Assembly: GCF_009914755.1 (NCBI RefSeq)
Contig: NC_060934.1
Origin: the human T2T-CHM13v2.0 reference genome, Homo sapiens
DNA length: 64,000 nucleotides
Direction: 5' to 3' (one strand)
Positions 1-13,785 of the stretch are shown one piece after another. Under the pieces are notes generated by a model. The model did no database searches, was not told the DNA's origin, and worked only from the letters and a program-made list of their open reading frames with translations. The position numbers and the translations under genes are program-made. Position 1 is the first letter of the stretch. Each line of letters opens with the position of its first letter.

Positions 1-2976
1 AAAGGTGAGGAACCAGTCTTAGGGATCTATTAACCAGTGTGACTTGTCTCACGCAGTTGAAAAGTGGTAGACAAAGGTTGTGAGCAGGTCTCTGGGAGTC
101 CAAAGGTCTCGTCCTTTCACTCTATCATTGTTCATTTTATCTTTATATTCTGTTTGCAGTACAATTACAGCTAAAGATTTTAGGTGCTTTCTGTGCTACT
201 TCTTTTTCATAAAACCTTCCTGATTCTACAAAAATAAAAATAAAAACATCCTCAAAAATGGCCCCATTTTCTGCCGTGTGATGCTTCATCCCTGAGTTTC
301 ACTATCTTTTAGATGGAACAGCAGTACAGCTATGGCAGAGCACACCCACCGGGTTTAGGAACAACCTCCTTGCCTTTTCAAGCAGGGCTCATCGCAAAGA
401 TGTGCAGATGCAACTGGCTATTGCTCATATTTTGGCTTTATTTTCCAAGAAAATAAAATCTGGTTATAATAATGTCTGAAATGGAAGATTTGTTTATATG
501 ACCTGAGCCTCCTTATGTAAATCATTGACCATCTCTATATGAGTTTTCAAGAAATGTATTGAAGGTCGACATATAATTTTACCACAAATGTCAGAATAAA
601 GAAGGGAAACTTGCAAAGCAAATTTTAATAAAAGTAATTCTTCTTGACCCATATTCTCTAGATAATATTTCTCTGGTGGAGGAGAGAGGTGGCCCCTGAC
701 TATTACTTTAACTTTCATGTACTATTTTTAGCTCTTACCGTAACTGATAAATAATGGTAGAAGATAAATGATAATGAAGTACAACACAAATGAGTTCCAT
801 AAAATATTTATATGCAGTGAAGTTGTGTTTGGTGGTATCTGAACATAAAGAAACATAAACAGGACATTCCATTGCATACAAATTTTCTATATGATTCCTT
901 CTCTTTTGCATTTGTATTTAAAGGTCCCATTATGGGTAATAGAAAAGAACATGAAAAAGTCTATACCTTTTTTTTTCTCCTGCCATTTTCCAAAAGTTCA
1001 TCTTCAAAAGGTAAGTATGATAATACTTAGCACTTCATAGTAACTGTGTGTTTATGGATCTAATATTCATTGTTCTGAAAAATTACTAATGACACCAAGG
1101 GTTGATTTTTATAAATAATCATGGTCCATCTGCATTTTTTTTTTTTTGGTGAGAATAAACCAGGAAATATAGAACACCCATGCAATAGCTGTTGTGAAAA
1201 TTGAGAGAAAGAATGCCTGGCACTTAGCAAATGGTCAGTAGATGTTGAGCTTTTGTTACATGATTAAAGATTTGCAGAAGTCTATGAAAATAAATCAACT
1301 GTCCTCTGGGTGATTTAACGCCAGTATGTGACAATCACATATCTCCAGGCTCTATGACATCTGATTGCTATCACAGGTTTTGAAAGCTTCTGTATACTTT
1401 GGTCTATTTTTAAATACTTAGTTGGCAAATATTATGGCTCATATGTAGTCACTCTTCTCCCCTCTGTCTATGATGGTCAGCACTAATCAGCAGTTTCTAG
1501 CTGAGTCTATACAAGGTTTAAGCATTCTTTTTAACACATACTCTGAATGATACTTATTAAATTACTGGAGTCAGCACAAGAAATGTAGCAAATATGCCAT
1601 TTGTCATGCCAAATTGCCGTGATTCCTCTTCTAAAAATACAACCTAACGACATCATTCTGAACTGCAGTTTGAGAAGGGAGTCAAGTTGTAGGATAGGAC
1701 TTAAGAGTCAGTAAAAAAGACAAACAATGACTGATGCTCCTTTTAGCATCTGCTAAGCCCATTTCTTGTCATAAACACTTATTCTTTATTACCCCAGCAT
1801 GGTGATTTACAAGAACATAAATTACAACATTGTGGAAATTTGTCAACATAAGACTCCAATAATAAAATATCCAGATTCATGCAGGTGCTTCTGTAAACAT
1901 GACAGCAGCATTTATCCTTCAAATGGCTGGGAAGGAAATAATAAAGAGAATGACAACCAACAATTCCTTTTAACATTCTGAGAAATATTACTGCACCTCT
2001 GCTCTTACTGATAGGAAAGTTAATTAAGCTTTGATGCAGAATTTACAGGGAAAAAAAGATAGATCAATGTATAATTTATATTGAAGTAACTGAAAATATG
2101 TGTATGTTCTTAGCATATGATCCTTTATTTGAAGAGGGTGTGAAGGGGAGCTTTGTCTTACTGTATCCCTCTAAGAAGACAAAGGGCTCCAAATTAAAAT
2201 GGAATGTTTTCACATGTGAAATGAAAGTGTGGGATAAGTGGTGAAAGGGTCCCTAGTATCTTGTTCTCCAGAAAGGTAGCATAAAACCGTCCTGTATTAT
2301 GCCTCTCTTGTGACTCTATTCATGTAGCAATTACTCATCACAGCACAACCACATCACCCACATGAACTGAACAAAGCCAAAAAGTGGGAAAATTGGCTGG
2401 GAGATCACTGACAGTCTTTTGATGAATGTGGAAAGCAGGTCTGTTTCACCTTATGTCTGTGCAACTCATGTCCATTTTCCTTGAGATGTCATCCCAGTTT
2501 TGAATGGCTGCCTCATCCACAGGAGTGGTGTTCTAGTCTGTTGTGCAACTCTGACTCTCTGGCCAATCTGGATTGAAACACAAGTGGATGCTTGATCCAC
2601 TTGATTCTCTTATGATGATCTTTAATTGGGTTTTAGGGAATTCCTGAGAGCCAGAATGTACATGTTGAGAGTAAATTATGTACATTTTAAATTTTGAGGG
2701 GCAGTCATTTTCTACCATTGCATTGCTTTAGTAGCAGAGAAAATTGTTCTAAAGAGAGAGACAGAGGCAGATTAGCTGAGATGAATAGAGATAGGAATGA
2801 AAAGGAGCCATTGTCTCAAGGTTTCTCAAATGCTTTCTTTTTGAGGATCCAATATTTTGGACTGGATTCTTGGTCACTATGACTGATTACAGTGAAGCTG
2901 ACCTAAGGGAGTCACAGCCTGTTACCAGTGCTTTAAGGACTGGCTTTGCCTTTTTAGAGAAGCACTGCAATGGTGG

Positions 2977-4877
2977 TTATATGGTTTGGCTGTGTCCCTA
3001 GTAAATTTGTACCAGGAGTGGGGTACTGATATTAAGATACCCAAAAATGTGGAAGCAACTTTGGAACTGGGTAACAAGGGGAGCTCGGGACAATTTGGAG
3101 GGCTCAAAAGAAGACCGGAAGATGTGGGAAAGTTTGTAACTTCCTAGACACTTATTGAACAGCTTTGACCAAAATGCTAATACTGATATGGACAATAAAG
3201 TCCAGGTGGAGGTGGTCTCAGATGGAGATGAGGAACTTGTTGGGAACTGGAGCAAATGTGACTCTTGTTATGCTTTAGCAAAGAGACTGGCAGCATTGTG
3301 CTCCTGCTCTAGAGATCCGTGGAACTTTGAACTTGAAAGAGATGATTTACGGTATCTGACAGAAGAAATTTCTAAGTGGCAAAGCATTCAAGAGGAAGCA
3401 GAACATAAAAGTTTGAAAATTTTGCAATAGAAAAGAAAAACCCATTTTCTGGGGAGAAATTCAAGCCTGCTGTAAAAATTTACAAAAGTAACAAGGAGTC
3501 TAATGTTAATCACCAAGGCAATGAGGAAAATGTCTCCAGTGCACATCAGAGACCTTCACAACAGCCCCTCCCATCACAGGCCTGCAGGCCTAGGAGGGAA
3601 AATGGTTTCCTGGGCCAGATCCAGGGCCCCCTGCTGAGTGCAGCTTAGGGACTTGGTGTCCAGTGTCCAAGCTGCTCCAGCCATGGCTTTAAAAGGCCAA
3701 GGTACAGCTCAGGCTGTTGCTTCAGAAGACACAAACCCCAACCCTTGGCAACTTCCATGTGGTGTTGAGACTGCAAGTGCACATAAGTCAAGAATTGAAG
3801 TTTGGGAACCTCTGCTTAGATTTCAGAGGATGTATGGAAATGCCTGGATGTTTTCATATATGGAAACATGTGCTATGGAAACCTCTCCTAGGGCAGTGCA
3901 GAAGGGAAATGTGGGGAGGGAGCCCCCGCACAGAGTTCCCACTGGAGCACTGCCTAGTGGAGCTCTGAAAAGAAAGCCATGATTCTCTAGCCCCCAGAAT
4001 GGTAGATCCACCAACAGCTTGCACCATGCACCTGGAAAAGCCACAGGCACTCAATGCCAGCCCATGAAAGCAGCCTAGAGGGGGAACTGTACTTTCCAAA
4101 GTCACAGGGGTGAAGCTGTTCAAGGCTGTGGGAGCCCACCTCTTGCATCAGCATGACCTGGATGTGAGACATGCAGACAAAGGAGATAATTTTGGAACTT
4201 TAAGGTTTAATGACTGCGCTATTGGATTTCAGGCTTGCATGGGACTGCAGCCCCTTTGTTTTGGCCAATTTCTCCCATTTGTAATGGGTGTATTTACCCA
4301 ATTCCTGTACCCTTATTGTGTCTAGGAAGTAACTGACTTGCTTTTGATTTTACGGGCTCATAGGCAGAATGGACTTCCCTTGTCTCAGATGAGACTTTGG
4401 ACTTGGACTTTTGAGTTAATTCTGGAATTAGTTAAGACTTTGAGGGACTGTTGGGAAGGCATAATATGTTTTGAAATGGGAGGATGTGAGATCTGTGATG
4501 GGCCAGGGGCAGAATGATATAGTTTGGCTGTGTCCTCACCGAAATCTCATCTTGAATTGTAGCTCCATAATCCCCATGTGACATGGGAGGGACCCAGTGG
4601 GAGGTAATTGAATCATTGGGGAGGGTTTTTCCCATGCTGTTTTCATGATAGTGAATAAGTCTCATGAGATCTTATGGCTTTATAAAGGGCAGTTCCCATG
4701 CACATGCTCTCTTGCCTGCCACCATGTAAGACGTGACTTTGTTCTTCCTTGGCCTTGTGCCATGATTGTGAGGTCACCCTAGCCATGCTAATCTGTGAGT
4801 CAATTAAATGTATTTCCTTTATAAATTACCCACACATGGGTATGTCTTTATTAGCAGCATGAAAACAGACTAATACA
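2977..4877 (+). mobile_element. THE1B (ERVL-MaLR) provirus: ~24-bp 5' LTR remnant, internal region (~3001-4514), complete 3' LTR (4515-4877)
   Basis: Starts TTATATGGTTTGGCTGTGTCCC, then THE1-int GTAAATTTGTACCAGG...GATACCCAAAAATGTGGAAGCAACTTTGGAACTGGGTAAC. Purine tract GGCCAGGGGCAGAA precedes the LTR TGATATAGTTTGGCTGTGTCC...GACTAATACA. Identical 5-bp TSD GGTGG at 2972-2976 and 4878-4882. ORFs 3155-3430 and 3638-3982 are fragments of the MaLR internal ORF. Confidence 0.93.
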
Positions 4878-5181
4878 GGTGGTCATGGCCTGGTTCTTAC
4901 TACTTTCCAAGAGTCACTGCTTTTTTCACCATATCCATCACCATCTCCTTGGAACTTAATCCCACTTTCCAAAGATAAATGTTTATCAAACCTCAATTAA
5001 CATGTCTATGCAGTTTCACCAAGCTTCTACAGAGGGTCATCACCTGTGTTGATACGCTTTTCCTGAATTAATAAACAATCAGTCCAAATTTTCTAGCCAA
5101 TGTGAAGAATGGGCCTAAGATGAACACACATGCTTTCCATGGAGCTATCTCCATAAGCCTCCACTTCTTGATCATGCCTAG

Positions 5182-5471
5182 TTTTTTGTTTGTTTGCTTG
5201 TTTTTGTTGTTGTTTGTTTTTTAAGAGGGAGTTTCACTCTGTCACCCAGGCTGTAGTGCAATGGCTTGATTTCGGCTCCCTGCAACCTCTGCCTCCTGGA
5301 TTCAAGTGATTCTCCTGTCTCAGCCTTCTGAGTAGCTGTGATTACAGGTGCCCAACATCATGCCTGGCTAATTTTTGCATTTTTAATAGAGACAGTGTTT
5401 CACTATGTTGGCCAGGCTGGTCTCGAACTCCTGACCTCAGATGATCTGCCTGCCTCAACCTCCCGCTTGCC
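5182..5471 (-). mobile_element. AluS (Sx-like), ~30 nt missing from the 5' left monomer
   Basis: Antisense Alu body (GTCACCCAGGCTGTAGTGCAATGG...CTCCTGACCTCAGATGATCTGCC) with a degenerate T/GTTT tail. The CACGCCTGTAATCCCAGCACTTT segment is absent. Confidence 0.93.
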
Positions 5472-6269
5472 TGTTTTTTGTTTTGTTTTGTTTCTACTAA
5501 ACATTATGACCAATGCTTATACAAGTTATAAGTTTTATATCTCTCTGTGTGTGTGTGCATATGTGTGTACATACCTTTTATGTGTGGGAAATGAAATCTC
5601 ATATCAGTTAAGAAATGGGACAAATGCCAAATAGCTGCTAAGTGGCCAAATTGAAATTTTAAATCAGGATTATCTGATCCCAGAGTCCAAAATTCCTTGC
5701 AATTCATCAGAATGCCTTGTTCATTTTCTTCTAGACTAGCAAATATCCTCAGATCCTTTGCTTAACAATACCCACGTCAAGTGAAGTAAATTTACCTTAT
5801 TCAATGCCAAAACATTAATTTTTCTGAGTACTTTTTCTAAACCAACGCAAAGGACTATCAGCTTCCATCTTGGCATGGACAGACATACGGGTTCTTCTGT
5901 TTGGTAGAAAGCTTAAGGACAAATGTGTCTCTTAGATTCCTCATAAATATATATGCCACATAGAGTATGATTATCTTTTTTAGGTTTCTCAAGCTGTTGG
6001 GTTAATCTCACCTTGACAACTCAATTTTTCTCAGTTTCATTTCACAAGTAACCCCCCAGTGTGCAATGAGTAACATGTTTTATAAAAAAATCTTCAAGGT
6101 TGGAAAGTGGGATACCTCAGAGTCTGAACATAAGCTCTTAAGTAGGGCTCAAGATAGAAGTTATTGAAGGATAAATCACTAAAATTCTCCCTCAAGAAGT
6201 TTCTGTGGCTTCCAATTCAACTAATAATAATGATCAGAATGAGTACTTTCCATAATATAAGTCCCCTAA

Positions 6270-6440
6270 GAACTACACATGAATTATTTAATATTTATAT
6301 AAACCTAGGTACAATATAATTTTCACATTTTATAAGAAAATTGAAACTCATAGAGGATGAGAAACTTAATTTGAATTTTGTAGGTGCCAAAACTAGATGT
6401 AATATTAAAGACTGCAAAACTCATGCTGTTACCACCATTT
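6270..6440 (-). mobile_element. MIR SINE fragment
   Basis: Degenerate MIR core CACATTTTATAAGAAAATTGAAACTCATAGAGGATGAGAAACTT. Confidence 0.6.
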
Positions 6441-6857
6441 TATTTCTCCCCAACTGGAGATCCTAGTCCTCATCTCAGCTGCTCTATTTCCTGTCTTACC
6501 TTCCAAGACATAGCTGGGTATGGCAAATCAGCTTGCTTGCTTCAGCCTTGTAATACTTTTGGGAATAGATGGGTTGTAAAAAAATGATAATGAAGGGGAA
6601 GAATAAATTGGTGATGCGAATTGTTGCCAAAAACAGAGACTTGTGCAATAACAAGCATATTCCAGCTTTTCAGCCATGTACCTGACTTTAAGGAGTATAA
6701 CAAACAATCTTGTAAATACTGAGCACCAGCTTCCATACACTCATGCCTTCATGCTGTAGATTTTCCACTTTTTAGCATGTATTTTCCTTCTTTTCTCCTT
6801 TAAAATTGTTGATGTTCATTTTACCCTGTAATTCACTTGCATCCCTTATCTTTGCTT

Positions 6858-7005
6858 TTCTAAGTGTGTTCTGAAGAGCAGCAGCTCTGGCATCACCTGG
6901 AAGCCTGATATAAATGGAGACAATCAGCCCCAAATCAGTGGCATTAAATCAGAATCTGATAGTTAATTAGATCCCCTCATGATTCAATGCACACTGCAGT
7001 TTCTG
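6858..7005. mobile_element. MER5A (hAT-Charlie) DNA transposon fossil
   Basis: AGCAGCAGCTCTGGCATCACCTGGAAGCCTGATATAAATG...AATCAGAATCTG...AGATCCCCTCATGATTCAATGCACACTGCAGTTT resembles MER5A. Confidence 0.75.
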
Positions 7006-9010
7006 GCCTTTGCTCAAAGCCTTAATCCTACCCAGGATATTCATGCCTCTCCCTTGTTTATTAATTCTTGCTCTTTTGCTTTATCCTCCCTCTTTTTCTC
7101 TCCTTCTGTGCAATAGAATCAGAAGCAGTTGACCTACATTTCAATATGCCTTCATCACAAACACTTTCTCAAACCCTGGTGACTGTGTTGAGAAGAAATC
7201 TTGAGGACATTACGGAACTTCTAAGAATTTTCACGGATGGAAATTCTTCCTTTCTAGGCCTTAAGACAGAAAGCTTCAGTTTCTGTCCTCTGCCATCCAC
7301 TCAAAATCTTTCACATTTACCTGTCAGAATGTTTTCCCACATGCTTAATATGACTTTTCCATATGGATGGCGAGGGCATCTATTCTTGCTGCAATCTCAG
7401 TTGTTATGAATAACACCTGTATACCAATTTATCTTCTATAAACCTCTTACTATTGGGTCACTTTCTCATTTTTTTTCCCTCTCCAAACGATGAACTGATT
7501 TAACTAATTCCATTGCCTACAACTCTCTTGAGATCCACACTGCTAGTGGCTGCAGTGGATCTTTCCAACCTCTTTATAATTTTGAGGACACATGAAGGCA
7601 GATTTGCCTATATGCAGGAATGCTCCTCACCTGCTCCCATCCTTCACTGCTCTCTTCTTCAAATCCCTGAAGTGATCTTGAAATAGCTGCTTACAAAAAT
7701 GTCTACGTGGTTATGTAGCACTCAGTCTCAGGCTGGTCATGATAAAGAACATTTACTAGAAAGCTCATTTGTGTGTGTGTTTATGAGTCCTGATGCCCTT
7801 ATTTCATTGGTGCCTACACAGAACTCCAGTCTGGCGGGAATGATAAAGCATTACTCTCATTAAAAACCACAATTTATCTTCCTTCTACCCATTCCCTTGA
7901 ACTTTATTACTGTAAGTCATGATAATCAGAAATCAGAGGAAAAGAGAAAAGGCTGCCTCTGTTTAAGATGTGAACACAGGAAATTCCACCGCTTTCTCTT
8001 TGGGGATAAGGAATTGACATTCAGGAGATGCATAAAACCTGCATTGCATTCCTTTAAGAAGATAATTGGCAGCACTAGATTGTTTACCTAGTTCAAGGTT
8101 AGAGGTTTCTCTCTCAGAAGATTTATCTCCTTAAGATGAAAAATCATGGAGAAGGGAAAGGGAAAGGAAGCTATAAAGACAAATGACTAATTGGCTGATT
8201 AATTGGTAAAGAGACAGAGGGGCATGAGAAAGGACGGGGGAAGCAGCTCTCTTGAAAACAGCTAGTGCAAACAAAATAAATGATGTTTGGGTCTAGAAAA
8301 ATGCATCACTTCCCGGCTTCCACCACTATAATGTATCTAAATCAGTTAAAGTGGAAGAGCACTCATTTTAAATGTTTCATAATAAATATTAGTCTTCTCC
8401 TGCTTTATCTTTTGCTTAGCTTAGTTAGAAATTCGCAAGCTCCCTTCATAAGGTAAAAAAAAGAAAACTCAGTTTCTTCCTACCAAATAAAGAGGAAAAT
8501 AAGGTCACCCCTGAATAATTTCCCCACCCCTACTGCTGGAGAGATCCTAAATTTGCCCCTTCCTTTTTTCTGTGCTAAAATCATAACTGTTGATTACAGT
8601 GTCAAAAACCCAATTTAAACTGAGTCCTGAGTCCCTTAAGCTAAAACAAGAAAACAAATCAACTGAGAAAATACCTTCGGTAAGGCTGGATCTAGAAATT
8701 CAACAAAACTATTAGGTATCTTCCTGTTTCTAACACTTGCCTCTGTAGCCCCTGCTTTGACAATGAAATATGTGTATGGAAATTGGAAACTTAGGGATTA
8801 TACAAATTTGTATTTATGTTGTCTGGACATCTGTAAAGTCATGATAATAATACAAACTACATAGACTTGTGTGGGAGGAGTATTTAAGATACAGTTTGTT
8901 ACATACATAAAACATAAGCATGTTATAAATAAAGAATACACATCTTTCCACATTAACTCATTCAGTTCTAATCCAATCTTTCAAATATCAAAATATGTCA
9001 CAGAGATATA

Positions 9011-9516
9011 CAGTTGACCCTTGAACAATGGAGGAGTTAGGGATATCAACACACTATACAATCAAAAAAATCCACATATAAATTTTGACTCCCCCAAATC
9101 TTAACTGTTAAGAGCCTCCTATCGACCAGGAGCCTTACCAATAACATAAACAATTGATTAACACATTTTGTATGTTATATAAATTATATGCTGTATTCTT
9201 ACAATAAAGTAAGCTAGAGGAAAAAAAGATGTTATTAAGAGAATCACAAGAAGAAAAAATATATTTCCTATTCATTAAGTGAAAATGGATCATCATAAAG
9301 TCCTTCATTCTCATTATCTTCATGTTGAGTAGGCTGAGGAGGTGGAAGAAGAGGAGGGGTTTGTCCTGCTGTCTCAGAGGTGGCAAAGCCAGAAGGAATG
9401 AAGTTGGTAGAAGGGGAGGCAGGAGAGGCAGGCTACTCAGTGTGACATTTATAGGAAAATATCCACATATAAGAGGACTTCTGCGGTTCAAATTTGTGTT
9501 GTTCAAAGGTCAACTG
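9011..9516. mobile_element. Tigger2-derived non-autonomous element (Tigger2a/MER28-like, TcMar-Tigger)
   Basis: Terminal inverted repeats CAGTTGACCCTTGAACAA ... TTGTTCAAAGGTCAACTG, flanked by TA at 9009-9010 and 9517-9518. Confidence 0.9.
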
Positions 9517-9945
9517 TAATTGAAAAATTCACCTTCATGTATTCTTTAGGTATTGTCCTTGCCCAATTCTAAAATATTTCTTTTATTAATCTTCTTTAAC
9601 CCTACTATTCCATTGTAGATGTTTCATGTTTATGAATAATAATAGGCTTCCATGTATTATTGACCTTTCACATGTTTCTTCTTGATTCCACAACTACTGG
9701 ATGGTAAATACATGAAGAAAAGGTAGCTAGTCTAATGCACTGCCTCTGCCCTCCATCACCTTTCATAGCTGTGCCTACTAAATACTGGGACTGCACATCT
9801 AAGGGCTGCATACATTGTATCTATTATTTTGTATAGTTATCTAAAATATGGAAATGATTTACCCAGTCTCATATGGCTTAGTATGAGGAAAATTTAAGGT
9901 CAAGTAAAAAAAATACACATATGTGTGTGTGCACACACATACACA

Positions 9946-10300
9946 CAGTGTATCACTTATTCAAAATGTTTAGGACCAGAAATGTTTTGAATTCCAGATA
10001 ATTTTGGATTTTGGAATATTTGCATATAAAAAATATACAACATGAGATATCTTGGGAATGGGACCCAAGTCTAAACATAAAACTCATGTGTGTTTTATAT
10101 AGACCTTACACACGTAGCCTGAAGGTAATTTTATACAACATTTTGAATCATTTAGTGCATAAAACAAAGTTTTGACTGCAACTTTTCACATGAGATCGGG
10201 CGTGAAATTCTCCACTTGCAGAGTCATGGTGACACTCAAAAAGTTTTAAATTTTGGAGCATTTTGGATTTCAAATTTTCAGATTAGGGATGTCCAATCTG
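9946..10300. mobile_element. Tigger4b/MER46B (Zombi) DNA transposon fossil
   Basis: TATCACTTATTCAAAATGTTTAGGACCAGAAATGTTTTGG...GAGATATCTTGGGAATGGGACCCAAGTCTAAAC...CAGATTAGGGATGTCCAATCTG followed by TA. Confidence 0.85.
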
Positions 10301-10560
10301 TATTTATTTTGCAATAAAATAAAAAAAAACAGAGCCGTATTTTTTATGTTCTTGTTTCAGTTCTCACCACCACGGGCTTTTAATGCCAAATATAGAATAC
10401 AATGGGCCAAAGGGCCATTAATATGAGTATATGACTAACCCATTCTACATTCAGGTTCTTCTTCTTTTGCCAGTTTTTTATGATAACATGTTAAATGACT
10501 GCTACCATAAATATTCACTTACAAAATTTTCTTCCTTAAACTGAGTAGAAATGTAAAGGA

Positions 10561-10897
<337 letters not shown>

Positions 10898-11747
10898 AGG
10901 TTTTAATTTTTAAATGTACAACTTGAGGTTACAGGGAAATGTCTGGAAGCACATTACATAAACATATGCAAATAGTAGAACATATACAAGTTCTTCCTGG
11001 CAGTCCTCTCTCTGTTTCTGGCCTCTAAACATTTATGAAAGTTAGCTCAAAGGGCAGGCTGGAGTGGAAAAGGGAGGTGGAGAGGAATCCGAGATCCCAG
11101 GGCAACTCTAAGAGAATTTGCCTTTTTTTTTTTCTCCTATGAGTGGTTCTGTGGAGAAATAACAAACTCCATTATCTTGTAAACATATGAAACTCAGAAA
11201 TAAAAATAACTACTTCTATTGTCAAAAGTTTGATGAGAGAAAAAATAGAAATATTCCTTGCTCCAAATATTCTATTTAAGTTCAAGACATCAACACAGAG
11301 GTTACTTTATATCTTGGACTTTTATTTGCCTATTACTGTGAGCAAATATTTCTAAAATGTAATGAGTAACTGTAATATTCAATTCTGGAAACATATAGGA
11401 ATAACTGAAACAAATTCTAACACAGAAAAAACTAATAAAGCAACAACAGTTTGTAACAAGAGAGGTAGAAAAGAAAGGTCACCCTGGGGAAGCATTTTGA
11501 TGTTTAAATATTTGATAATACTTTATTATGGCAGCCTTAGAATGAACAAAACTTGGGCCTATTTTTGCTGGACAGAGGTAAAATTTAAGGATAGCCATCA
11601 ATATGCACTGTGGGTATATATTGATGTTGGGGAGCTATATATGAAATGCAAAAACATATCCTTGCTCTACTGATTAATTTGGTAATACACCACATAAAGG
11701 ATGCAGTAATTTATCTCATTTATTTTATCAATTTGGTAGTGAATACA

Positions 11748-11983
11748 GAACAGTGGTGAAAGAAATACACTTTGAAGTCAGACAAAACTGATTTTGAGCA
11801 CTGGGTTTCATCATTTCCTAGTTGTACATCTTTAGGAATATTTCCTCTCAATTTAATTTTTCTCATCTATGAAACTGAGATACTGCCATTACCTCTTATT
11901 GTAAGAACACATGAGAAAAAAATATACAATGTCTTTAGCATCATGTCTGGCACATAACATGCACTGAATAAATGTTGGTGATG
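11748..11983 (+). mobile_element. MIR SINE
   Basis: CAGTGGTGAAAG...TTTGAAGTCAGACA...TTTCTCATCTATGAAACTGAGATA...TCTGGCACATAACATGCACTGAATAAATGTT. Confidence 0.8.
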
Positions 11984-13785
11984 AACTCAGATGCAGATGA
12001 TTGTTAATGATGATAGTGATTATGCCAGATTTTGCACCTATAATAAGACCTATCCCCTTAAGGAAACATTTTTGGAGGAATGGGAACTTTTAGAGATGCT
12101 CTGTAAGATTTTACAATAGTTAAGACATTATAAAAACATTATCTGAAACCCATCAAAAACATTCATAGAAAGTTGTAGAGGCACAGGATTCTAGGACTAA
12201 TCAATGTGACTAGTAAAGGGAAGCAAAACCACACATCTGTATTTTGTAGGAGTGGAAATTGAGAATCACAATCTAATTAGCAGCACCTGTTCCTCTAGAC
12301 GCCTAGTCCAGTACTCTTTGAAATGTAATAAGTTGAAAACTATTCAACTATTCAGTGAACTCCCAAAACACTGTGACAAACTCTCTAACAGATGAACTTA
12401 ATAGAGTTAGCACCATGTGGACACAATCAGAGTCAGTACCGATAGAAATATGGTGAAAAATGAACAACACATGAATAGACAATAAGCAGGCTCGGGTGCT
12501 CACTGCCTTATCCAAAGAATGAGGATCACAGAGTTGAACACGCCAGCCACAAGGCCTGCAGAGCAAATGCTTTCCCTTGGTTATTTATAAAACATGACAA
12601 GTTTTTCATGGAATGTCTACATCAATGACAGTATAAATATTTCATAACATACATTTTAAAAATTCACCTTTCCAAATAAATTCCCTTCTGCAAAGGGAAA
12701 TACTAGCTAATAACGGTAGAAAGAATGGTAGCATTCAAAAATTAACATTTTGTAATCAGCAGTGTAATCGATGTCCAGCAAGTTTGTCCAAGGATAGTAA
12801 AAGAAGCTGGGAAAGTTAGGAAAAGTGGTGATCTTTGTGCACATCACATATGCTCTCATCTATATTCTACACTGTGACCGAATGACAACAGTTACAAGAT
12901 AACTGTTGAGGATCTGAGCTGCAGCCTGGGGCTGGCCAGTAACTGAAATGTATCACTGTACTCTCAGAACTGCATACCAGCCACGGACAACTTCATCTAT
13001 AATCGCATCTTTGAGCCAGAATGTTATCATTCTTATGAGTCTGGGAGAAATGCCCGAACCAGCCAAGGATATCTGAGAGTATTCGCAATGAGCAGCTGCA
13101 AGCTGTGCAGCGGACACTGAATGATGCCCTTCCCTGAGACCTGAAGAGTGATAGCAACAGTTTCTTAGGCTCAGATGAAAATATTCAGGACTTTATGTTC
13201 TGACAAAGAGATATGTGTCTAAAGTACACATATTCAACAGCTTGTCCCTCCCCTCTCACCTGAGCACCTCTTCCATCACCCTGATAGTTCTGTCCTATTA
13301 GCCCCATAATGAAAGGAGAACCAGGACTAAGCCTGTTTCCCTATTTGCTGTGAATCCCCCTGGTACTTGACAAAGCACATAAGTGAGATTCTGCTCACCT
13401 CCATAGGCCTCCCTTCCTGCTTGAATGAACACCCACAAATCCAAACAGTGTTAAAGGATATTGATGAACTGGATGACTTTCCAAGAATGATGGCCCTGGA
13501 GGAAAACAGAAATAGCACATAGTAAGCAATCAGGAAATGTCAGTCGGCCTTAGAGAAACCCTTCAAACACACCAGAGCACTGAGACAAACATGAAAACCA
13601 ATGGAGTGTTTGTGAAGAGATGTGTGTTTGCTGAGAAAAGGGAGGTAAGAAATGAAGTGAAAAGCCAGGCAGAAGGGCTGTGTGTGTTATTTAGGGGCTG
13701 ATAGCATGGTAAATAAAGAATACAATTCACAAGCTGCCAGTCTGTAGAAAGGGCTAGAAGGTAAGTGGAAGACAGAGCGAATGCT

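Noticed and set aside
3155-4325. ORF cluster resembling a gene
   Set aside because: Fragments of the THE1 internal ORF and its antisense frames.
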